A DNA stretch of 64,000 nt, from assembly GCA_030611385.1 (NCBI GenBank), contig JAUWPV010000007.1, positions 7,249-71,248 of the forward strand. The letters run 5' to 3'. Of this stretch, positions 9,735-17,889 are shown in pieces. Under the pieces are notes generated by a model that was given only the letters and a program-made list of their open reading frames with translations, was not told the DNA's origin and made no database searches. The stretch comes from Bacillota bacterium. Its GTDB lineage: Bacteria; Bacillota; Dethiobacteria; DTU022. The position numbers and the translations under genes are program-made. Each line of letters opens with the position of its first letter. The first letter of the stretch is position 1.

Positions 9735-10712
9735 CTAACCGGCGATCTGACCTCCGACCTCCAAGTTCCAGGGAAAATTATCAAGATCGGCATTGCCTCC
9801 CGATACAATCAGCCCTACCTTTGCGCCCTTTATTTCAGTCCGGGCGCTCATCAGAGCTGCCAGAGGCACCGCAGCAGAAGGTTCCACAATGATTTTCATT
9901 CTTTCCCAAATCAGGCGCATCGCCCTGCTAATCGCTTCCTCACTAACCGTAATAATCGCTGCAACATGCTCTTGAATAATTGGAAAAGTGAGGTCTCCAA
10001 GAGAGGTCCGCAGGCCATCGGCAATGGTATTCGGGTTTTCAACGGGGATAATCTTTCCCGCCTGCAGTGAACGAAAAGCATCGGCGGCACCTGCCGACTC
10101 TGCTCCGAGTACTTGCGCATCCGGTTTTAACGCTGAAACAGCCAGCGCGGTACCGCTGAGAAGTCCTCCACCGCCAACCGGAGCGATAATCGTGTCGAGA
10201 CCGGCGACCTGCTCCAATAATTCCAAAGCAGCTGTGGCCTGTCCGGCAATAACCAGGTAGTCATTATAGGGGTGGATAAACTCAGCTCCGGTCTTTTCTG
10301 CCAGCGCATCCAGGGCGGCTTCCCGGGCCTGCTGGTTCGATTCACAGTAGGTTATTTCTGCTCCATAGCCAACGACGGCAGCTTTTTTAACCGGCGAGGC
10401 ATTATCCGGCATCACAACATAAGCCCTGATACCCCTACAGCGTGCCGCATAGGCCAGAGCAGCAGCATGATTGCCCGATGAGTGAGTAACCACTCCACGT
10501 TTACAGCGTTCTTCTTCAAGGCTGAAAACGGCATTTAACGCCCCACGGGTCTTAAATGCTCCTACTTTTTGCATATTTTCCCCCTTGAAAAAAATCTCTG
10601 CCCCACACATACTGTCAATTATCCGTGAGGTAAAAACCGGGGTGCGGTGGATATATGGTCTGATCCTCTCTGCAGCATCTCTAATCGTCCTGATTGTCGG
10701 ATATGATAACAT
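9735..10712 (-). CDS. threonine/serine dehydratase (PLP-dependent, fold type II)
   Basis: FKTRGA lysine motif, GGGGL glycine loop, SSGNHAAALAYAA. ATG at 10712 has a GGGGGA RBS; the ORF extends to a TTG at 10727. Confidence 0.75.
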   Translation of the reverse strand: MLSYPTIRTIRDAAERIRPYIHRTPVFTSRIIDSMCGAEIFFKGENMQKVGAFKTRGALNAVFSLEEERCKRGVVTHSSGNHAAALAYAARCRGIRAYVVMPDNASPVKKAAVVGYGAEITYCESNQQAREAALDALAEKTGAEFIHPYNDYLVIAGQATAALELLEQVAGLDTIIAPVGGGGLLSGTALAVSALKPDAQVLGAESAGAADAFRSLQAGKIIPVENPNTIADGLRTSLGDLTFPIIQEHVAAIITVSEEAISRAMRLIWERMKIIVEPSAAVPLAALMSARTEIKGAKVGLIVSGGNADLDNFPWNLEVGGQIAG

Positions 10713-10919
10713 AGTTTGTTCCCCCAATCATCCAGCTCAAAGCATCGCGCCTCGGATTCTTACCCAAAAGTAACTGGACCTGAATTTGTTATTCAATCTA
10801 TTAAACATTATTCCTTTTTAAACCGAAAATTATACCGACATAATTACGCCAATAGAAAATATAAGAAGGTGCCTGCCGAGTATTGCAGAATTATTAATGA
10901 AGCGAAAGGGGAGAGCTAA

Positions 10920-11372
10920 TTGAAAATTCTGGTTTGCACAGATGGTTCGGTAAACAGTCAAAAATGTGTGGAAATGGCCGCCCGTATGGTCGACACATGC
11001 GCTATTAACGAAGTTACTCTCATATATGTCCATGACAACGCCCAATTTTTCCCCGACTACTGGCAAGGGAAGTACCCTTTTACAACCGAGGAAGAGCAGC
11101 AGTTAAAAAACCTGGATAAACGAATAATCGAGGAGCGGAAAAATATTTTTGCTGAAGCTTTGAAGCTCTTCGAAGCCGGCAACATAGAAGTAAAAACTGT
11201 TTTTAAGGTCGGGCATCCGGCCGAAACCATCGCCGAGGAAGCTTCAAACGGAGATTATGATATTGTTGTAATCGGCAACAGAGGAACCGGCGGGGTAAAA
11301 AAACTTTTTATGGGTAGCGTCAGCAGCACCGTGCTGCAGTTGGTTAAAACCAATATATTGATCGTTAAGTAA
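10920..11372 (+). CDS. universal stress protein (UspA family)
   Basis: 150 aa. C-terminal ATP-binding motif VVIGNRGTGGVKKLFMGSVS. TTG start after a GGGGAGAG RBS. Confidence 0.8.
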   Translation: MKILVCTDGSVNSQKCVEMAARMVDTCAINEVTLIYVHDNAQFFPDYWQGKYPFTTEEEQQLKNLDKRIIEERKNIFAEALKLFEAGNIEVKTVFKVGHPAETIAEEASNGDYDIVVIGNRGTGGVKKLFMGSVSSTVLQLVKTNILIVK

Positions 11373-11455
11373 AGGAGTAAAACAAAATACAGGGTGATCG
11401 TAACTATAATCCGTGAATCCCAGCTTTCAGTTCAGCCTCTGTTTGAGTTAACACT

Positions 11456-12442
11456 CTACTGGCGGCAGCGGATATTCTTTGCAACAAAGCGGGGTTTTCT
11501 TTCCAGCTCATGGACAGCATGAACATTGCGGATAGTCCTGGTGATACCCCGCATCACGAGGGAGTGAGTTTCGGCTGTCTGGCCGCGGTAACGGACACCA
11601 CTGAGCATGTCACCGTCGGTAATGCCTGTTGCCGCAAAGAAAAGATCTTCACCTTGAGCCAAATCTTCCAGCAATAAGATCTTGTAAGGATCTTCCAGGT
11701 CTGTTTTATAGTTACGGCCCTGATCCCCATTATCTCTGGGGATCAGGCGGCACTGCATATCTCCACCCAGTATTTTTATAGCAACAGCAGCAAGAACGCC
11801 TTCGGGCGCTCCACCAATGCCAAAGAGAATATCAACCCCGGATGTGCCAATAGCTGTGGAGATAGCAGCTGAAACATCTCCGTCACTGATTAACTTTACC
11901 CGGGCACCGGCCTTTCGTATCTCTGCTATGATTTTAGTATGACGCGGCCGATCAAGAATGATCGCCGTTAAATCCCGGACAGCGCGGTCCAGCGCAGAGG
12001 CTACCGCTTTCAAGTTTTCTGTCACAGTAGCATCGAGGTTTATACAGCCACAGGCTTTGGAACCAACAGCAATTTTATCCATATAAAAGATATCTGGAGC
12101 CTGCAAAAGGCAGCCCTGTGGCGCCACGGCCACGACCGACAGAGCATTGGGCAGCCCCCTGGCTACAAGGTTGGTCCCTTCAAGAGGATCTACAGCCACA
12201 TCAACGCAAGGTTCATCTGAGATACCGACCTTTTCACCAATATAAAGCATGGGAGCCTCGTCTTTTTCACCTTCACCGATCACTACAGTACCGTTAATAT
12301 GAACCGTGTCAAAGACGGAACGCATAGCATCCACAGCGGCCTGATCGGCAGCTTCTTTATCTCCACAGCCCATCAGTCGGCCCGACGCAAGGGCGGCCGC
12401 TTCGGTAACCCTGACGAACTCCAATGAAAGTTCTCTTTCCAT
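11456..12442 (-). CDS. glpX: fructose-1,6-bisphosphatase class II
   Basis: 328 aa with strong GlpX similarity along the full length. Confidence 0.85.
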   Translation of the reverse strand: MERELSLEFVRVTEAAALASGRLMGCGDKEAADQAAVDAMRSVFDTVHINGTVVIGEGEKDEAPMLYIGEKVGISDEPCVDVAVDPLEGTNLVARGLPNALSVVAVAPQGCLLQAPDIFYMDKIAVGSKACGCINLDATVTENLKAVASALDRAVRDLTAIILDRPRHTKIIAEIRKAGARVKLISDGDVSAAISTAIGTSGVDILFGIGGAPEGVLAAVAIKILGGDMQCRLIPRDNGDQGRNYKTDLEDPYKILLLEDLAQGEDLFFAATGITDGDMLSGVRYRGQTAETHSLVMRGITRTIRNVHAVHELERKPRFVAKNIRCRQ

Positions 12443-12519
12443 TTGTTTTCCCCCATTTTTAGTGTTTTTTCATTAAACCGGTAAATACTCGGCAGCCTGT
12501 TCCACTCAACAAGACTGAA

Positions 12520-13743
12520 TTATACTTTGAGTTCCTCTCTATCCAGAGGCATACTCATACAGCGCGGGCCACCCCGGCCGCGCACCAGTTCGGAACCGTT
12601 AATCTCGATTACATCGACACCGTGCTTCCGCAAAGTTTCATTTGTCGCCTCATTGCGATCATAGCCAATCACCAAACCCGGCCTGATAGCAAGAGTGTTT
12701 GTGCTGTCACTCCACTGTTCCCTGGCCGCAGTTATTTCATCATCATCTCCGGAATAGATAATCTCAACATTTTTTAGATTAAGAGCTTTGCTCAGCGCCC
12801 CCTGCAAGGTGTAGCCATTACTGGCGTCAACGTAGCCATTCTTATTCTTTTCAAGCCAGAATACATTGACAGCATCCTTTACTCCTGGGTACATCAGGAA
12901 CTTGTCGCCGTCAACCATGGTAACTACCGTATCCAGATGCATATAGGCGCGCCTGGTTGGAACCTGGACGACAATGATCTGCCTGACCAGTTCTTTGCCA
13001 ATCAGGTAATTATGGGCAATCCATTCGATAGCCTCTTCAGTCGTCCTTTCACTTAAACCAATCATCAGGCTATCACGGTTCAGGATAAAAACGTCTCCCC
13101 CTTCAATGCCGTATGGAATCTCTTCATGGAAGGAGAGGTCAACATCTTTAAAGAGGGGGTGATATTTCTGAATCATCCGCAGAAAAATGGTTTCCAACCT
13201 GCGGGCCGGCAAAAACATGCTGCTTACCTGCAACCTTTCACCAATCAGCGACCCGTGATCCCTGGTAAAATACATGTTAGGTAGCGGCGCAAGGTAGAAT
13301 GGGTAGCTGTCGAGGGTAAGATCGCTTAAGGAACGGTATTTTTTCAGGTGCTGTACTTCATGCTTGGAAAGACCGGCAATAATCGTTGAAATCAGCTGTT
13401 CTGAAGACTGTTCATAGAGGAAGTTATAAATAGTATCGAGAATTTCCGGCTCAATCAGGGGGCTTGCCTTAAGGTGCCTCTTAATCAGCTCGCTCTTGAC
13501 TTCCGGGTCTTCAACAATTTCTGTCAATAACCGATCGACATAAAACACCTCAACCCCGTTTTCTTTCAGAACCCGGGCAAAACCGTCGTGCTCCACTTTC
13601 GCCTTGGCCAACCAGGGGATTTCATCGAAAAGCAGACCTTCTAAGTAACGAGGGGTTAAATTTGTCAGCTCCAGGCCCGGCCTGTGGAGTAGAACCTTTT
13701 TCAGTTGTCCAACTTCCGACCACACCTGCATATTTTTTTTCAC
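12520..13743 (-). CDS. arcA: arginine deiminase
   Basis: 407 aa. ADI family with the C-terminal catalytic Cys (GGPRCMSMPL). Confidence 0.85.
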   Translation of the reverse strand: MKKNMQVWSEVGQLKKVLLHRPGLELTNLTPRYLEGLLFDEIPWLAKAKVEHDGFARVLKENGVEVFYVDRLLTEIVEDPEVKSELIKRHLKASPLIEPEILDTIYNFLYEQSSEQLISTIIAGLSKHEVQHLKKYRSLSDLTLDSYPFYLAPLPNMYFTRDHGSLIGERLQVSSMFLPARRLETIFLRMIQKYHPLFKDVDLSFHEEIPYGIEGGDVFILNRDSLMIGLSERTTEEAIEWIAHNYLIGKELVRQIIVVQVPTRRAYMHLDTVVTMVDGDKFLMYPGVKDAVNVFWLEKNKNGYVDASNGYTLQGALSKALNLKNVEIIYSGDDDEITAAREQWSDSTNTLAIRPGLVIGYDRNEATNETLRKHGVDVIEINGSELVRGRGGPRCMSMPLDREELKV

Positions 13744-13859
13744 CTTTGCACCTCCCGGATTCTATCAATTGAGTAACGTTGTACTATTCGCTAATTCGGA
13801 CCCTTTTACCTGTTTTTTAAAGCCCCTAATTTTATTTTCCAATGACCAGGTATTCAGTA

Positions 13860-13876
13860 ATACAGTATACATCGCA
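13860..13876. repeat. 17-bp direct repeat ATACAGTATACATCGCA flanking the IS (left copy)
   Basis: Identical 17-mer occurs again at 15927-15943, immediately outside the terminal inverted repeats. Confidence 0.6.
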
Positions 13877-14073
13877 CCTGACTTTATGAGATAAAGCTCG
13901 AATAAACCACTTCTCAAAAGCCCGAAACGTTTGGAAACAGGCGGTTTGCGGGTTTTTCTTTGCAATAAAAACTAAATATAATTTGTCCTGTTATGTCCTG
14001 TTTATATCTTGTCAAAGCCTATTACTTTTGGTATAATAGCTCCAGGAGCAATCTTGTTCCCCTGGAGGTTTAT

Positions 14074-15846
14074 ATGTATATAGCCGTAACTGGTTCCGGA
14101 AAGGCCAAAGTCATCCAGTTCAGGGAAGATAAACGCATCCCTGGTACGAACAAGAAAGCAACAAAGGTCATAAAGACCCTGGGTAACTATGAGCGCATGG
14201 TGGCTGAAGACCCGGATGTTATAGCCAAGCTTAAGGCACAAGCCAAAGTCCTGACCAGGGAAAAGAAAGAGTCCAGCAAACCTTTGTCTTTGCAGGTAAC
14301 CTCCGCAGAGATTACTGAGCCAGATGATGTGGTGCCGTCTTATTATTTTGGTCATTCCCTGACCAAACAGTTCTGGAATCAGATGCAACTGGATACTTTC
14401 TTCACAAACCAATGCGGCAGAAAGAATGCCGAAACGGTTGCCCAGGCTCTGTTTTATCTGGTAGCCCATCGCTGTGCGGCACCAGACAGTATTCGTGCCT
14501 GTGCCCTGGAACAGTCGTCTTTTGCCGGGTTATCACCCCTAGGGCTGGATGTGCTCTATGGTGTGCTGGATGTGTTGGCCGAACAAAAGGAAGCTGTCAT
14601 TGCCCATTTATGTGCCTTTTTCGAAAAGAAGACAGATCGAAGGGGACCGGATACTTATCTGGATGTGACAACCTACGACTTTGAAAGTACCCGCTGGGGT
14701 GAGCTTCGCATGTTCGGCTTTTCCAAGGATCACAAGAATAATGAAGTTCAGGTTGTCATGGCACTGTTGTTGGATAACAATGGCATTCCGATCACCTATG
14801 AGCTGTTTCCCGGCAACACCATGGACCAGAACACCTTGGTAGAATCGGTGGAAAAGCTAAAAAATATCTATCATCTGGACAAGATCACCGTTGTGGCAGA
14901 CCGGGGTATGAATGGTGGGGAGAATCTGGTCTATCTGGACAAAAGTGGATATGACTTTGTCATCAGCTACACTCTAAAACGATCAACGGATGCCTTCAAG
15001 GAACTTGTTTTTCAGGCGGACGGTTGGCAGGATACCTGGGATGATCAACACAAGGAAGTGGTCTACCGGGGAAAAACTGTCAGGCAAGTTCTGAAGGTCA
15101 AAATACCCATTTCACAAGAAACAATCCAGGCCGCTGGCGAGAAAAAACGTGGCAGGCCCAGAAAATATGAAGTAGTTGAGATCCCTGTGAAGATTCATTT
15201 GACCTGGTCAGCCAAGCGTGCCCACAAAGACAAAGCGGACCGGGAAAGGATACTGGAGCGGCTCAAGAAACGACTGGGCAAGACATATCAGCTTAAGGCT
15301 TCCATCAAGAGGGGCTGCAACCAGTATCTGCAGATGGCGGTTGACACAAAGAACTGGACTCTGGATGAGGAAAAAATTCAGCAGGCTGAACGCTTTGATG
15401 GATATTATGCCATCGTCACCAACAACCTGAATTTGAGTACGGAACAGGTCTGTCAGACATACCGGGGAATCTGGAAAATTGAGGAAAGCTTCCGCATTCT
15501 GAAAACAGATCTGCGGGCGCGTCCTGTCTTCGTCTGGAACGACGATCACATTAAAGGCCATCTCATGATGTGCTTTATCAGCTTGTGCCTGCTTCGCTAC
15601 ATTCAGTGTCTGCTGGAAACACAATGTGAGACCAGGGCTTCTGCAGAGGTGATTATGGAAGCGATTCGTGAACCCCTTGCCCTGGTTCAGGGCGATTATC
15701 CGCACAATGTAGTGACCCCGACGAAAATATCCAAAATCTATTTGGAGCTTGCCAGGTTGATGAAGCTGCCGGTGCTCAGAACTAATATGACGCTGACACA
15801 GTTTCGATCCAGTACGAAACTTGATTTAAGTGTCAACCTGAAATAA
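14074..15846 (+). CDS. IS1634-family (IS4 superfamily DDE) transposase
   Basis: GGAGG RBS before the Met at MYIAVTGSGK. Hallmark C-terminal motif YRGIWKIEESFRILKTDLRARPVFVWNDDHIKGH. DDE-region motif VVADRGM. Confidence 0.75.
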   Translation: MYIAVTGSGKAKVIQFREDKRIPGTNKKATKVIKTLGNYERMVAEDPDVIAKLKAQAKVLTREKKESSKPLSLQVTSAEITEPDDVVPSYYFGHSLTKQFWNQMQLDTFFTNQCGRKNAETVAQALFYLVAHRCAAPDSIRACALEQSSFAGLSPLGLDVLYGVLDVLAEQKEAVIAHLCAFFEKKTDRRGPDTYLDVTTYDFESTRWGELRMFGFSKDHKNNEVQVVMALLLDNNGIPITYELFPGNTMDQNTLVESVEKLKNIYHLDKITVVADRGMNGGENLVYLDKSGYDFVISYTLKRSTDAFKELVFQADGWQDTWDDQHKEVVYRGKTVRQVLKVKIPISQETIQAAGEKKRGRPRKYEVVEIPVKIHLTWSAKRAHKDKADRERILERLKKRLGKTYQLKASIKRGCNQYLQMAVDTKNWTLDEEKIQQAERFDGYYAIVTNNLNLSTEQVCQTYRGIWKIEESFRILKTDLRARPVFVWNDDHIKGHLMMCFISLCLLRYIQCLLETQCETRASAEVIMEAIREPLALVQGDYPHNVVTPTKISKIYLELARLMKLPVLRTNMTLTQFRSSTKLDLSVNLK

Positions 15847-15862
15847 TAGGACATTTCTAAAA

Positions 15863-15903
15863 CACTGGAACCCCCGAAAATACTGAGGTTCCAGTGCTTT
15901 TTT
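15863..15903 (+). terminator. intrinsic terminator after the transposase gene
   Basis: Stem CACTGGAACC/GGTTCCAGTG followed by CTTTTTTG. Confidence 0.6.
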
Positions 15904-15926
15904 GCACTCTATGTCCTAAACTCAGG

Positions 15927-15943
15927 ATACAGTATACATCGCA
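15927..15943. repeat. 17-bp direct repeat (right copy)
   Basis: Identical to 13860-13876. Confidence 0.6.
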
Positions 15944-16177
15944 GCATAAAATACCAATTTTTTAGGCGCTTGCATTTATTATTCAAATATGGTATCGTCT
16001 GATTCAGCGTAATTGAGATGCGCGTGAGGTAAAACGATGGAAGTAAGGGCATTTCCGTTCGTTGTGGAAATGTCCTTCTTTTATGATTGCTCAGCAAAAC
16101 AATAGTTTGGCTGACAAAGCGTCATAGGCTATTGTTTTTGATCGCAATACTGTAAGTTGAGAGGAAAGATGTTTTAT

Positions 16178-17626
16178 ATGTCAACATTTTACGAATTTGG
16201 ATTAAGCAACGCTGTAGTCAGGGCAACCGCCGCCATGGGCTTTGAAGAGGCTACTTCCATCCAGGAGTTAGCAATACCAAGAGCTATGGCCGGTAAAGAT
16301 ATTATCGGCCAGGCTCAGACTGGTACCGGTAAAACGGCGGCTTTCGGGATCCCGATGATTGAAAAATGTCTAATGGAACTGGGTGCCATCCAGGGTTTGG
16401 TCATAACTCCAACCCGTGAACTTGCCGTTCAGGTAGCCGAAGAAATCAATACTCTCGGAAAATACAAAAATATCCGGGCCTTGCCTATTTATGGGGGACA
16501 GGATATTGAACGTCAAATCAAAGCGCTGAAGAATAAACCGCAGATTATCGTTGCTACGCCCGGTCGTCTGATGGATCATATGCGTAGAAAACTAATCCGC
16601 CTTCAACAGATCGTGGTCGTAGTGTTGGATGAAGCCGATGAAATGCTCAATATGGGATTCCGGGAAGATATCGAAAATATTCTTGCCGATGTTCCGGACG
16701 AGCGCCAGACCATGCTCTTTTCGGCAACAATGCCTCGGCCAATCCAGGATTTGGCCCGGCGCTTCATGCACGATCCGGAGTTTATCAGTATTCGTTCGAA
16801 AGGGGTAACCGTTCCTAGCACCGACCAGTACTATTACCAGGTCCATGAGAAGGAAAAATTCGATGCCCTTTGCCGTCTGTTAGACCTGCACGCACCGGAG
16901 GCAGCTATTGTCTTCGCCAGGACGAAGCGGCGAGTAGACGAGCTCCTGGAGGCTTTAATCAAGCGGGGTTACTCGGCAGAAGCAATTCATGGCGATCTTA
17001 CCCAGGCCAAGCGAGACAGTGTCATGCGAAAATTTAAAAATATGTCAACAGAAATCCTGGTCGCTACTGACGTTGCCGCGCGCGGTCTTGATATCGGTTC
17101 TGTAACCCACGTTTATAATTTCGATATACCTCAGGATCCCGATAGTTACGTTCACCGGATCGGCCGCACCGGGCGCCTGGGAAAACCGGGCATTGCCGCC
17201 ACCTTTGTTTCGCACCGTGAAATTGGTCATCTTGAACAGATTGAACGTTCTATTAAGAGAAAAATTGAACGCAAACCGGTACCGACTATCAGCGAAGCTA
17301 TCGAGGGACAACAGCGCCTTACTGTAGAAAAACTGATGCAGGTTATTACAGAAGGAGAACAGCTGCAATACAAAGAGCTGGCTTGTAAACTGCTGGAGAA
17401 CGTCGATGCTATATCTTTACTGGCAGCAGCCTTAAAAATGCTGACGAAGGAACCCGATCTGACTCCAGTTAAAATTACCGCCGGAAAACCCTGGGTTACG
17501 AAAAAAAGTAAATATGCAGAGAAAAGTGGACGGACCTCATTCCGTCAGAAACCGGGAAGCAATAAAGGGCGGGCCATCCATAAAAAGAAGCAAAAAAGCG
17601 ACTACTCGGGATTCAGAAACCAGTAA
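16178..17626 (+). CDS. DEAD-box ATP-dependent RNA helicase (CshA/DeaD-like)
   Basis: Q-motif, [15 protein letters not shown] and HRIGRTGR motifs. Basic C-terminal tail. ATG at 16178 has a GAGGAAAG RBS. Confidence 0.85.
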   Translation: MSTFYEFGLSNAVVRATAAMGFEEATSIQELAIPRAMAGKDIIGQAQTGTGKTAAFGIPMIEKCLMELGAIQGLVITPTRELAVQVAEEINTLGKYKNIRALPIYGGQDIERQIKALKNKPQIIVATPGRLMDHMRRKLIRLQQIVVVVLDEADEMLNMGFREDIENILADVPDERQTMLFSATMPRPIQDLARRFMHDPEFISIRSKGVTVPSTDQYYYQVHEKEKFDALCRLLDLHAPEAAIVFARTKRRVDELLEALIKRGYSAEAIHGDLTQAKRDSVMRKFKNMSTEILVATDVAARGLDIGSVTHVYNFDIPQDPDSYVHRIGRTGRLGKPGIAATFVSHREIGHLEQIERSIKRKIERKPVPTISEAIEGQQRLTVEKLMQVITEGEQLQYKELACKLLENVDAISLLAAALKMLTKEPDLTPVKITAGKPWVTKKSKYAEKSGRTSFRQKPGSNKGRAIHKKKQKSDYSGFRNQ

Positions 17627-17650
17627 CTATACTCATAATAACAGGTATTT

Positions 17651-17686
17651 TTAAGGGTTTTTGAGGACTTCCTCCCCCAAAAACCC
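17651..17686. terminator. bidirectional intrinsic terminator between the helicase gene and tRNA-Val
   Basis: 11-bp stem AAGGGTTTTTG/CAAAAACCCTT flanked by T- and A-runs. Confidence 0.5.
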
Positions 17687-17697
17687 TTTGTTTGCAA

Positions 17698-17772
17698 TGG
17701 TGGGGACGAGAGGATTTGAACCTCCGACCTCTTGAATGTGAGCCAAGCGCTCTCCCCCTGAGCCACGTCCCC
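17698..17772 (-). tRNA. tRNA-Val (anticodon CAC)
   Basis: Reverse complement folds as a cloverleaf: GGGGACG acceptor, GCTC/GAGC D-stem, CTTGG/TCAAG anticodon stem with loop CTCACAT, GGAGG/CCTCT T-stem with TTCAAAT loop, encoded CCA. Confidence 0.85.
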
Positions 17773-17797
17773 GTATCTTACTTTATACTGCACTCAT

Positions 17798-17826
17798 AAT
17801 ATAGCCAATCCGGGCACTAATGTCAA
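17798..17826 (-). promoter_or_regulatory. sigma-70-type promoter of tRNA-Val
   Basis: TTGACA, 17-nt spacer, TATATT on the minus strand, about 25 nt upstream of the tRNA 5' end. Confidence 0.45.
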
Positions 17827-17889
17827 CACGCACGGGTGCCTGTAGTGTCCAGAGATTAGATTGTCTCTGTATTAAAAGCAACCCTTGAA

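Larger units (their letters stand above)
13877..15926 (+). mobile_element. IS1634-family insertion sequence (2050 bp), apparently intact
   Basis: Imperfect terminal inverted repeats CCTGACTTTATGAGATAAAGCTC (13877-13899) and CCTGAGTTTAGGACATAGAGTGC (reverse complement of 15904-15926), 17/23 matching. Single transposase ORF with an internal terminator. Flanked by the 17-bp direct repeat. Confidence 0.65.

Noticed and set aside
13765-13965. 66-aa minus-strand ORF
   Set aside because: Spans the arcA promoter region and the IS left inverted repeat. No RBS and no family resemblance.
17602-17793. 63-aa ORF on the minus strand
   Set aside because: Completely overlaps tRNA-Val and its terminator. 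It is an artefact of the tRNA sequence.
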